Source: an uncultured delta proteobacterium
Lineage (GTDB): Bacteria; Myxococcota_A; Polyangia; Fen-1088
Assembly (NCBI GenBank): GCA_963767925.1
Contig: CAVYGB010000002.1
Coordinates: forward strand, 96,001 to 160,000
Length of the DNA: 64,000 bases
Direction: 5' to 3'
The position numbers and the translations under genes were made by a program. Below the pieces are notes generated by a model. It made no database searches. It was not told the DNA's origin and was given only the letters and a program-made list of their open reading frames with translations. Positions 19,719 to 29,479 of this stretch are shown here, piece by piece. Within the stretch, counting starts at the first letter, position 1. Each line of letters starts with the position of its first letter.

Positions 19719-21083
19719 TCAGACCAGCACGATGCGGGGAGCGCTGTGCGCCTGCCGGAGGGCGCGCAGGATCGGCTCGGAGGCGGCCTCCGACTCGGTG
19801 GCGTGGCGAACGCAGGGGATCAGCCCCTGCGCCTCGACCGCCTTGACGAGGATGGCGACGTTCTCCAGCAGGGTCAGGGTCACGTCGAGCAGCGAGGGCT
19901 CTCCCTCCGGCAGCGGCGGGGCCTCGGGCGCGACGCCGCCGGCGGCGGCCTGGCAATGGTCCCGGAAGCGCTCGATGGCCGTCCGGTACGCGGCAGGGTC
20001 GAGGTTCGACCAGAGCGGCTGCAGGGCGGCGGGCGCCAGGCGCAGCAGGCGCAGCTCGCCGGCCCCCTCGAAGGCGGGGTCCAGCATGGCCACCTGCTCG
20101 TCGGAGAAGGCGCCCAGCAGGCCGTCCTCGTCGGCGGCCGGCCGCTGGTAGGGGAGCGTGTCGACGTACAGCAGGAGCGGCTCGGCCCCCTGCTGGTAGG
20201 CGGCGACCGCCTCCTCGTCGAGCGCGGGGAAGCTGTCGGCCGGGCCGATGTGGACCAGCGGCAGCACCAGGTCGGCCCACAGCTCCGCGGGGGCGAACCC
20301 GGTCTCGGCCTTGCCCGCGAACAGCATCGCCAGCAGCTCGCTGAGCTGGGGAGCGCGGGGCGCCTGCTGGCCCAGGGTCTTGAGTGCGTTGAGCTGCCCC
20401 AGGGCATCGACGATGCGGCGGCGGGTCGGCTGGCGCACCTGCTTGGGCACCTCGACCGGCAGGCGCGAGAACGCGGTCTCGAGGTCCTTCTTGAGCTGCT
20501 CGGGGCGGGCGCCCAGGGTCGCGGCCAGCGCCACCGGGTCGAGGGCCACGAACTGCACGAACCCCGGATCGAAGAGCCGGCGGTAGTCGTCGGGGCCCAG
20601 CGCCTTGCCGCCGGTCTCCGGCTCGGGCGGGCGGGCCCGGGCCTGGGCGAGCACGCCGCGCAGCTCGCCGGTGATGTCCTCCAGGCCCGCGAGCTTCGCG
20701 CGCGACAGCGCCTGGTCGACGGCGTCGAAGGGGGAGAACACGACAATGCCGTCGGCGAAGCCGAGGGCGGCCCCGTGGCGGGTGGCCCGGCTGGGGAACC
20801 AGAAGGCGCCCAGCTCGCGTCGCAGGCGCTCGGCGAAGGTGGCGCCGATCATGAACGACAGCGCCTGGTGCGAGGGGTTGTCGGGCGAGAAGGCGCCCAT
20901 CAGCAGCTTGACCACGCCGCCCTCGATCTCGGCCCAGCTCGCGCTGAGCGGGTCGAGGGCGATGCCCTGCACCGAGGTGATGGCCTCGCGCAGCCGGGCG
21001 ATGGCCTCTTCGATCTGCGGGGGGATGGATGAGCTGGGGGTGGGCGGGGCTTGTGACACCGTGGGGTCTCCGACAACATTCAT
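19719..21083 (-). CDS. hypothetical protein
   Basis: Long GC3-biased frame with natural composition. Confidence 0.75.
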   Translation of the reverse strand: MNVVGDPTVSQAPPTPSSSIPPQIEEAIARLREAITSVQGIALDPLSASWAEIEGGVVKLLMGAFSPDNPSHQALSFMIGATFAERLRRELGAFWFPSRATRHGAALGFADGIVVFSPFDAVDQALSRAKLAGLEDITGELRGVLAQARARPPEPETGGKALGPDDYRRLFDPGFVQFVALDPVALAATLGARPEQLKKDLETAFSRLPVEVPKQVRQPTRRRIVDALGQLNALKTLGQQAPRAPQLSELLAMLFAGKAETGFAPAELWADLVLPLVHIGPADSFPALDEEAVAAYQQGAEPLLLYVDTLPYQRPAADEDGLLGAFSDEQVAMLDPAFEGAGELRLLRLAPAALQPLWSNLDPAAYRTAIERFRDHCQAAAGGVAPEAPPLPEGEPSLLDVTLTLLENVAILVKAVEAQGLIPCVRHATESEAASEPILRALRQAHSAPRIVLV

Positions 21084-21359
21084 ACCCAGCCCGGAACCGG
21101 CGCGTCGAGCCCCACCCCACAAAGCCCGGGTTCCGGGGATGACGCGGCCCGCACCGGGTCCGCTGGCTGGCCCACGAAGGCCCCTCGCCCCTCCTTCTCC
21201 CCGCTGCCGCGGGGCGAGGGCGAACAATTGGTCGGTGAATCGGGCGCTAAAGCCACGAACGCCGCGGACCAGGCGGCGCCGGTCTCGCCACCGTCGAGGT
21301 CGGCGAGCTGCGCTGCCTGTTGTCGCGTTCGGGCCGCTGACCGCCGGCCCGGACGGCGG

Positions 21360-22397
21360 TCAGGGGGTCCAGGCCCAGAGGGCGGCCGCCTCGAGGAGCT
21401 GCTCACCCTCGGCGCTGAGCCGGGTGGTGAGCGCCTCGCTGGCGAAGAAGCCGATTCGCTTGGCCAGGGCGGTCTGCCCCTGCTCCATGGCGGCGCCGCG
21501 CGCGTAGCCGAACAGGACCGCCCGGTTGGGCGCGTTGGGCAGGGTGGCGATGATGTCCGCCCCCTGACCGGGGACGCCCCAGTTCAGCGGCCCGTTCATG
21601 GCGGAGACGGCGACCGTCCCGCGCAGGCCGGCGGCCATCGGGTGGGTGGCCCGGTCGGCGGCCATCTCCACCTGGCGGGCTGCCGTCGTGCCGAAGGCCT
21701 GGTTGGCGCCGGCCGCGGTCATCCGCATGTCGTCGAAGATGTCGGAGCTCATCACGACCACCGGGGCCAGCGAGTCCCGGTACTTGGTGCCGATGGTGTT
21801 GGCGACGACGCTCGGGGAGATGACGATCAGGCCCAGGTCACCGTTGTCCGGCTGCTCGTTGTCATCGTGGCGAAGGACGAAGAAGCCGATGCCCTCGAGC
21901 TGGGCGGCGATGATCTCGTCGCCCTCTTCGGGCTCGTCCCGGTCCCCGACGACAAGCAGGGCGACCCGCGGGGGCAGGCGCCCGGGGGGCACGATCGGCG
22001 GCGGCTCGGGGATCGGCGGGGCGGGCACCGGCGGCGGCAGGCCGGGGATCGGCGGTGGCGTCATCGTCGCCGGCGGAGCGGCCGGCGGAGGCGCGGCCGG
22101 CGGAGGTGATACGCCCGGCGGGGGCGCCGGCGGTGGGATGGCCGGGCCGGGTGCGAAGGGTGGCGGCGGGATCGGGGCGGGAGACGCCTCGGGGCGCACG
22201 GGCGCGGTCGGAACCCCGGCGGGGGGCATCGGCCGACCTGGCGTCGCGGACTGGGGCGTGGCTTCCTCGAAGGTACCGGGGGCGCAGGCGGCCCAGGCGA
22301 CCCCCAGGCCGAGCAGCGCAACCGCGCCCGAACGGCGCAGCACCCGCGCCGGGTGTTTCGGGGCACCATTCAGGGAGGACGGCTTGGTGAAATGCAT
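21360..22397 (-). CDS. lipoprotein with Pro-rich linker and C-terminal globular domain
   Basis: WAAC lipobox-like motif; poly-Pro linker; EGEQLLEAAALWA C-terminus. Confidence 0.7.
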   Translation of the reverse strand: MHFTKPSSLNGAPKHPARVLRRSGAVALLGLGVAWAACAPGTFEEATPQSATPGRPMPPAGVPTAPVRPEASPAPIPPPPFAPGPAIPPPAPPPGVSPPPAAPPPAAPPATMTPPPIPGLPPPVPAPPIPEPPPIVPPGRLPPRVALLVVGDRDEPEEGDEIIAAQLEGIGFFVLRHDDNEQPDNGDLGLIVISPSVVANTIGTKYRDSLAPVVVMSSDIFDDMRMTAAGANQAFGTTAARQVEMAADRATHPMAAGLRGTVAVSAMNGPLNWGVPGQGADIIATLPNAPNRAVLFGYARGAAMEQGQTALAKRIGFFASEALTTRLSAEGEQLLEAAALWAWTP

Positions 22398-22769
22398 GCA
22401 CCGAGTTAGTGGCCCGGCCGCGGTGGATCTGTTCACGCTTTTGCCCCCCTCGCTGCGCTGAGCCACGCGCCAGCACGACGGGTCATGTCGCGTCCGCCGC
22501 CAGCGCGCCTTCCGGTTGTAAAGGAACCTGACACTTCGTGAGGGGCCTCCCCCGACGCGCTGTCGGAAGGCCAGCGATCTCGCGCAGATGCGCTTCGAGA
22601 GGGGCGGTCCGGAGGTTGCGGTGCCGATCCGGCGTGAAGCGACCTCTCGAAGCGGGGCTCATCATCTTGTTGCTGTCGGGCGGTGCCGCGCGGGCGCAGG
22701 GCCGCGACCGGGGCATCTATCCGCTGGCCCTGCGCGCCCGGGCCGGCGCGGGAGCGGGGAGCTGCGTGG

Positions 22770-23995
<1,226 letters not shown>

Positions 23996-24088
23996 CGCAG
24001 GCAAGGGCGGGGGGACCAAGGGGGGCAAGGTCCTGCCGGCCCGGAAGGCCAATCCGAAGCGGCCCCGGGCCCGGGGGAAGGCCGCGCT

Positions 24089-24802
24089 TCAGAAGAGGTA
24101 TCCGACGCTCAAGCCGCCCCAGGGCAAGACGCCCGCGTCCGACACGAGCGGCGTGAAGCCCGCGCGGTAGGTGAAGCCGCCCTCCGGGGGGACGTAGCGA
24201 TAGCCGATGAGGGCGGTGACCAGCGGCCTGAGGTCGGCGGCGGTGGCCGCCCGGTAGCGGGTGCTGGCCCGGGCGGAGGTGTAAAGCAGGGTCACCCCGG
24301 CGCCGACCTCCAGACGGTGGCGCCCACGGCCGCGCACATAGTTGATGAGGAGAGGCGCGCCGACCGCCGGGAGGCTCGCCGTCTGCGCGTCACCGGCGAT
24401 CGGGTTGGCCCCCTCGGCCAGGTGTCCCACGCCGACCCGCACGGTGACGCCGCCGGCGATGGCCCGGTCGTAGTTGACCGTGTAGAGGATCCCGTTGCCG
24501 CCGAGCTCCAGGAACACGAGGTTGTTGCGGGGCGAGCGATCGCCCGCCTGGCTCGTCTCCGCCGGCGGCTCGGGCTCGAGGGGGGCCGCGCCCGGTCGGG
24601 GCGCGATGGCGAAGGGGTTCAGCGCCACCGCCGGATCGACGGCCACCGGCGTCACCGGCGGGCGGGCGGGCGGACCCACCTGGGCGATGGGCGCCGAGAC
24701 GGTGGGCGCGGCGGCCGGCGGGACGGACGCCTGATCCGCGCGCGCACGGCCCACCACCACCCCGCACACCAGCAAGACCGCGCCGACCGCCCCCCAGGAC
24801 AT
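24089..24802 (-). CDS. secreted/outer-membrane beta-barrel-like protein
   Basis: Signal peptide (ARA|DQ); FLELGGNGILYTVNYDR; C-terminal GLSVGYLF. Confidence 0.75.
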   Translation of the reverse strand: MSWGAVGAVLLVCGVVVGRARADQASVPPAAAPTVSAPIAQVGPPARPPVTPVAVDPAVALNPFAIAPRPGAAPLEPEPPAETSQAGDRSPRNNLVFLELGGNGILYTVNYDRAIAGGVTVRVGVGHLAEGANPIAGDAQTASLPAVGAPLLINYVRGRGRHRLEVGAGVTLLYTSARASTRYRAATAADLRPLVTALIGYRYVPPEGGFTYRAGFTPLVSDAGVLPWGGLSVGYLF

Positions 24803-24886
24803 GAACGGCTGGGTTCGGCAGGTGCCTCCCCCCCCTGAACGCCGCAAGGCGTGGTCCCGGCTCCTCCCTCGGCGAGGCCGCCCGCG

Positions 24887-24972
24887 ACGTGCACGGAGCC
24901 GTCTGACGTGCACGCCTCACGTGCACGTGCACGGGAGCCGTCTGACGTGCACGCCTCAGTGCACGTGCACGG
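24887..24972. repeat. GTGCAC-rich duplicated ~39-bp unit
   Basis: Seven GTGCAC hexamers; agccgtctgacgtgcacgcctca occurs twice. Confidence 0.8.
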
Positions 24973-24999
24973 CCTGCTCTCCTCCCTCCCCCTCTAAAC

Positions 25000-25016
25000 A
25001 TGATGTTGACTTTCAT
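25000..25016. promoter_or_regulatory. Fur/Zur-like box ATGA-N9-TCAT
   Basis: ATGATGTTGACTTTCAT in an AT-rich patch ~220 bp upstream of rpsD. Confidence 0.45.
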
Positions 25017-25238
25017 TTTTAACATGACTAATTTCCGGCCTCTTTCCGTGCTCTTTTTCATGAACCCTGCGCGCCCGCTCCCGATCCCACCGTGCTGCCG
25101 GGCCTCCTCGCCCTCGGCCTGCTCGGTCGCGGCGACGACGAGCCCTCCTCCTCGCCCGGCACGGCGCTCCATCTGTTCAAGCTCCGCTGATTCTCGCTCC
25201 ACCACCCACCCACTGCCCAACGACACCAGGAAGATTCG

Positions 25239-25856
25239 ATGGCCAGACACCTCGGACCACGCGTGAGGGAAATGAGAGCGCTCGGGATCCTGCTTCCCGG
25301 GCTCTCCGCCAAGAGCATCGAGCGCCGGCCCTACCCGCCGGGCCAGCACGGCATGCATCGGAACAAGCGCAAGCCGAGCCCCTTCAAGCGCCAGCTCCAG
25401 GAGAAGCAGAAGCTGCGCCTCAACTACGGCGTGACCGAGCGGCAGCTCCGCAATTTGATGAAGCTGGCCCACAAGGGCAAGGGCCGCACCGACGAGACCT
25501 TGATGGAGCTGCTCGAGCGGCGCCTGGACAACGTCGTGTTCCGGGCTGGCTACGCCCGGACCATCCCGGCCGCCCGCCAGCTCGTCCGCCACGGGCACGT
25601 CCTGATCGACGGGTCGCGGGTCGACATCCCCTCTTACCGGGTCAGCCAGGGCGAGGTGATCAGCCTGCTCGAGGTGAGCAAGAAGATCCTCGTCGTCCAG
25701 TCGAACTGGGAGAGCCCGCCGCTGATGCGGCCGGCCTGGCTGGAGGTCGACGTGGCGGGCATGACCGCCCGGGTCGCCGGGCCGCCCGGCCTGAAGACCG
25801 TGCCCTTCGACATCTTCCCCCAGCTCGTCGTGGAGTTCTACGCCAAGCGGCTGTGA
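25239..25856 (+). CDS. rpsD: 30S ribosomal protein S4 (stand-alone, Cys-free type)
   Basis: RRPYPPGQHG, LQEKQKLRLNYGV, LERRLDNVVFRAG, ARQLVRHGHVLIDG..VDIPSY, LVVEFY. Confidence 0.95.
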   Translation: MARHLGPRVREMRALGILLPGLSAKSIERRPYPPGQHGMHRNKRKPSPFKRQLQEKQKLRLNYGVTERQLRNLMKLAHKGKGRTDETLMELLERRLDNVVFRAGYARTIPAARQLVRHGHVLIDGSRVDIPSYRVSQGEVISLLEVSKKILVVQSNWESPPLMRPAWLEVDVAGMTARVAGPPGLKTVPFDIFPQLVVEFYAKRL

Positions 25857-26149
25857 GGCGCGCAGGGCTCGATCAGGTGGGCGGCCAGGAGCTGCCCCAT
25901 CAGATCCAGCACGTCGGCGCGGGCGACCTGGTCGTCGACCTCGTAGGTGGCGACCAGCTCGTCGAGGATGGCCTGCACCGTCGTCGCCCCGTCGAGGCGG
26001 GTCCAGATGCGGGTGCCGACGGGGTTGAGGACGTAGAGCGACTGCATGTCGACGACGCTGCCGGTGGTGCGCACGAGGACGGTGTCCCCCTCGAACTCCC
26101 GGGCCACCACCGCGGGCACGGGACGGAAGCTGTCGGCGAGGTTCATCAT
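25838..26149 (-). CDS. PqqD-family RiPP recognition element (RRE)
   Basis: VVAREFEGDTVLV...LYVLNPVGTRIWTRLDGATTVQAILDELVATYEVDDQVARADVLDLMGQL; GGAGGAG RBS; ATGA overlap with the upstream peptidase stop. Confidence 0.92.
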   Translation of the reverse strand: MMNLADSFRPVPAVVAREFEGDTVLVRTTGSVVDMQSLYVLNPVGTRIWTRLDGATTVQAILDELVATYEVDDQVARADVLDLMGQLLAAHLIEPCAPHSRLA

Positions 26150-26664
26150 GGTGGGCGTCTCCTCCGGGCTGGGGTCTCCGGGCCGGAAGGGGGCCCGCCC
26201 GGGCGGACCAGCCGCCAGAGCCGCAGCGCCAGCCGCCGGCCGCACACGCGCACGCGGGTGAGCGGGTCATCGATCGGGCGCAGGCGTCCGCGCTCCCACA
26301 CCCCGAGGGCCCGCCCGATCAGGTCGGCCCGCGGCACGTGATCCGGCTGCGAGGCGGGGGCGTCGCCGCACACGCGGGCGGCCCCGTCGGGCCCCAGCGA
26401 CACGAGCCGATGCAGGACGAGGGCGCCGCCGTTCACCCGGCAGAGCACGACCTCCCCCACCCGGACCCGAGGGCCGATCGCCGCGACCGCCACCCGGGCC
26501 CCGTCGGCGACGGTCGGAAGCATGCTGCGTCCCCGGGCGCGAAAGCTCACGCTCCGGCCGGTCGCGAGCACCGCCTCGACCACCGCCACGAACCGCCCCG
26601 CCGGCGCGCTCCGGTTCCCCGACGCCGCCTCCGCCCCCAGCTTCGGCACGACGTTCGCAACCAC
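26146..26664 (-). CDS. S24/S26-family peptidase (start uncertain)
   Basis: FRARGRSMLPTVADG...GEVVL...LVLHRLV...CGD: GxSMxP Ser, HR and GD motifs. Confidence 0.8.
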   Translation of the reverse strand: MVANVVPKLGAEAASGNRSAPAGRFVAVVEAVLATGRSVSFRARGRSMLPTVADGARVAVAAIGPRVRVGEVVLCRVNGGALVLHRLVSLGPDGAARVCGDAPASQPDHVPRADLIGRALGVWERGRLRPIDDPLTRVRVCGRRLALRLWRLVRPGGPPSGPETPARRRRPP

Positions 26665-26848
26665 GTTCGACACCCACGAGCAGGGTAAGACATCGCGCGC
26701 CCCGGGGCGAGATCGCAGCGACCCCAGCGTGCGATCGCCGGATCGCGATCGGAGGCGCGTGAGGGCGCGGGGCTGCGTCGGTGTGAGCATCTGCGCACCG
26801 ACGCGGGCGCGGCCACGAATGGGTGTGCAGGTCGGTGGGGAGGCGCAC

Positions 26849-26894
26849 GTGCAGGTGATGAGGGTGCAAGGTGTGATGAGGGTGCAAGGTGTGA
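26849..26894. repeat. short direct repeats gtgatgagggtgcaaggt in the divergent intergenic region
   Basis: 18-bp unit repeated about 2.5 times. Confidence 0.6.
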
Positions 26895-27043
26895 CGAACG
26901 CCTCCGCGTCCGAGGTGGAAACGCGCCCGCGCCTTGCGCGGCTCTCTTGCTCCCTGCGGACCATCCACGTTATGCTCTGGCGGCGCGCGCTGTGGCCTCG
27001 CTGGAGATCGCGGCTCCAGGAGACCGGCCGCGCCACCTCGAAC

Positions 27044-28309
27044 ATGTTGACCCGTCGCTATGCGGAGTTCAGCGCCCGGCTGTCGTCGCAGGCGGCGGGG
27101 AAGCGCACCCCCCTCAAGGCCACCATCGAGGTGACCCACCGCTGCCCGCTCACCTGCAGCCACTGCTACAACAACCTTCCGGTGGGCGACGCCCCGGCCC
27201 GCCTGGCGGAGCTGTCGCTCGACGAGCACCGCCGCCTGATCGACGAGCTGGCGGAGGCCGGCTGCCTCTGGCTGCTCTACACCGGCGGGGAGATCTTCGC
27301 CCGCCCGGACTTCCTCGACATCTACCGCCACGCCCGCGACCGGGGCCTGCTCATCACGCTCTTCACCAACGGCATCCTCGTCACCCGGGGCATCGCCGAC
27401 GCGCTGGCGGAGCGGCCCCCGCTGGCCATCGAGATCACCCTCTACGGGGCCACCCGCGCCACCTACGAGCGGCTCACCGGGGTCCCGGGCTCGTACGACC
27501 GCTGCCTGCGGGGGATCGATCTGCTGATCGAGCGCAAGCTGCCGCTCAGCCTCAAGACGGTGGCGGTCTCGACCAACTGGCACGAGATCGGGGCGATGCG
27601 GGAGCTGGCCGCTGCCCGGGGGCTGCGCTTCAAGTTCGATGCGATGATCAACCCCCGCATCGACTGCTCGTCGAGCCCCCTGGGGGTCCGCCTGGCCCCC
27701 GAGCAGGTGGTGGCGCTCGATCTCGAGGACCCCCGACGCTCCGGCGAGTGGCGCGCCTTCGCCGAGCGCCACGGCCGCCCGGTCCACACCGGCAGCAACC
27801 GCGACACGGTCTACCACTGCGGCGGCGGCGTCCACGCCTTCGCGGTGGATCCCTACGGGCAGCTCAGCATCTGCGTCCTCTCGCACAACGACAGCTACGA
27901 CCTGCGCGCGGGGAGCTTCCGGGCCGGCTGGAGCGACTTCTTGCAGCGGGTCCGGACGCGCACCCGGACCGTCGAGAGCAAGTGCGTGTCCTGCGGCCTC
28001 AAGGCGATGTGTGGCATGTGCCCCGCCCAGGGCGAGCTCGAGAACGGCGACGCCGAGAAGCCGGTCGAGTTTCTGTGCGAGGTCGCCCACCTGCGGGCCC
28101 GCACCCTCGACATCCCGGTGCCCGCGCACGGCGACTGTGCCTTTTGCCAGGGGGGCGCGGGGCACGAGGCCCTGCTGGCCAAGGCGACCTGGCTGGAGCA
28201 CCGGCCGAGCGGGTCGGCGCCGGCGGCGCTGCCCGGGGCGCGCCGCCCGCTGCCGGTCCTGCGCGAGGCGGAGACGGAGGGTGGCTGTGGATCCTGCTCG
28301 AACCATTGA
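27044..28309 (+). CDS. radical SAM/SPASM-domain maturase
   Basis: CPLTCSHC (CxxxCxxC), YTGGE, FTNG; SPASM Cys C-x17-C...CVSC-x5-C-x2-C-x18-C. Confidence 0.93.
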   Translation: MLTRRYAEFSARLSSQAAGKRTPLKATIEVTHRCPLTCSHCYNNLPVGDAPARLAELSLDEHRRLIDELAEAGCLWLLYTGGEIFARPDFLDIYRHARDRGLLITLFTNGILVTRGIADALAERPPLAIEITLYGATRATYERLTGVPGSYDRCLRGIDLLIERKLPLSLKTVAVSTNWHEIGAMRELAAARGLRFKFDAMINPRIDCSSSPLGVRLAPEQVVALDLEDPRRSGEWRAFAERHGRPVHTGSNRDTVYHCGGGVHAFAVDPYGQLSICVLSHNDSYDLRAGSFRAGWSDFLQRVRTRTRTVESKCVSCGLKAMCGMCPAQGELENGDAEKPVEFLCEVAHLRARTLDIPVPAHGDCAFCQGGAGHEALLAKATWLEHRPSGSAPAALPGARRPLPVLREAETEGGCGSCSNH

Positions 28310-29264
28310 TCAGACCGGCGTGTTCCTGGAGATCGCCGGGATCCGCTACGCGATCCACCGCCACCCCGATGGCCCCCCGCTGTGGATCCCACCGGGTACC
28401 CGCGCGTTTGCGGTGCCCGGGGACGGCGCGGGCGCCCGCGCCGCCGACGTCGAGGTGACCTGCCGCTACGGGGACCTGTCGGGCCCCATCGGCGGGCGCC
28501 CGATCTTCGACTCGGGCGGCACCTGGAGGCTGTTCGAGCACGAGTGCGGCGACGCCCTGTTCTGCTTCGACACGCCCCTGCTGCGCCCGCACCCCTACAA
28601 GACCGCCCGCTTCTCGCGGGACTTCCGGCGCGGCGAGGTGGTGCTGCATGCCCCGTATTTCCCGGGCGAGCGGGCCGTCTACCCCCTGGAGTATCCCCTC
28701 GACGAGCTGATCATGGTGCACCTGCTCGGGGCCGGGCGCGGCGTCGAGCTGCACGCCTGCGGGCTGGTCGACGCCAGCGGCGAGGGGCTGTTGTTCCTGG
28801 GCGCCTCGGGGGCGGGCAAGTCGACCACGGCCCGGCTGTGGCTCGAGGAGCCAGGGGTGCGCATCCTCAGCGACGATCGCATCGTCGTGCGCCGGGACGA
28901 ACGGGACGGCCGGCTCTGGATGCACGGCACGCCCTGGCACGGGGAGGCCGAGCTGGCCCGCCCGGATCGGGCGCCGCTGGCGGCCGCGTTCCTGCTGCGC
29001 CACGGGCCGGACAACCGGCTGATGCCCTGCCGGGGCGGCAACCTTGTCGCGCGGCTCACCGCCTGCGCCTTCCCCACCTTCCACTCCGCCCGCGGCCTGG
29101 CGACGACCTTCCGCTTTCTCGCCGAGCTGGCCCGCGAGGTCCCTTGCTCGCTGCTCGACTTCCGCCCCGACCGGGCGGTTGTTGGCTTCGTGCGCGGCGC
29201 ACGGAGCGCGGCGGGCACGCCCGGCCTGGCCGGGGACGTACCGTCGGCGGCCGCCCCACTTTGA
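28287..29264 (+). CDS. HPr kinase-like P-loop protein (ScmC-like)
   Basis: LHACG, GASGAGKST Walker A, LSDDR, HGTPWHGE; GGAGG RBS before GTG 28287. Confidence 0.8.
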   Translation: MDPARTIDQTGVFLEIAGIRYAIHRHPDGPPLWIPPGTRAFAVPGDGAGARAADVEVTCRYGDLSGPIGGRPIFDSGGTWRLFEHECGDALFCFDTPLLRPHPYKTARFSRDFRRGEVVLHAPYFPGERAVYPLEYPLDELIMVHLLGAGRGVELHACGLVDASGEGLLFLGASGAGKSTTARLWLEEPGVRILSDDRIVVRRDERDGRLWMHGTPWHGEAELARPDRAPLAAAFLLRHGPDNRLMPCRGGNLVARLTACAFPTFHSARGLATTFRFLAELAREVPCSLLDFRPDRAVVGFVRGARSAAGTPGLAGDVPSAAAPL

Positions 29265-29289
29265 CCGACTCCCAGGGAGGATGAGACGA

Positions 29290-29472
29290 ATGGACCCCCA
29301 CGACCGACAGGACCCGGCGCCCCGCCGACTGCCCTACGAGAAGCCGACCGTGCATCAGGTCGAGCTCAAGCCGGAAGAGGCGGTGCTGGGTTCGTGCAAG
29401 ACCGCCAGCACCGCTGGCCCGATCTCGGGCGACTGCACCGTGCCCGAGGCCTGCTCGTCGGCCGGCTCCTGA
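29290..29472 (+). CDS. candidate RiPP precursor peptide, 60 aa
   Basis: MDPHDRQDPAPRRLPYEKPTVHQVELKPEEAVLGSCKTASTAGPISGDCTVPEACSSAGS; GGGAGG RBS 9 nt upstream. Confidence 0.85.
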   Translation: MDPHDRQDPAPRRLPYEKPTVHQVELKPEEAVLGSCKTASTAGPISGDCTVPEACSSAGS

Positions 29473-29479
29473 GGGGGGC

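Noticed and set aside
26522..27043. 174-aa N-terminal extension of the rSAM ORF
   Set aside because: Overlaps the opposite-strand peptidase and intergenic repeats; recognisable rSAM sequence begins near ATG 27044.
25838..29472. PQQ biosynthesis or lasso peptide cluster
   Set aside because: No PqqB/C and no ExxxY core; no asparagine-synthetase-like cyclase or transglutaminase-like B2 protease.
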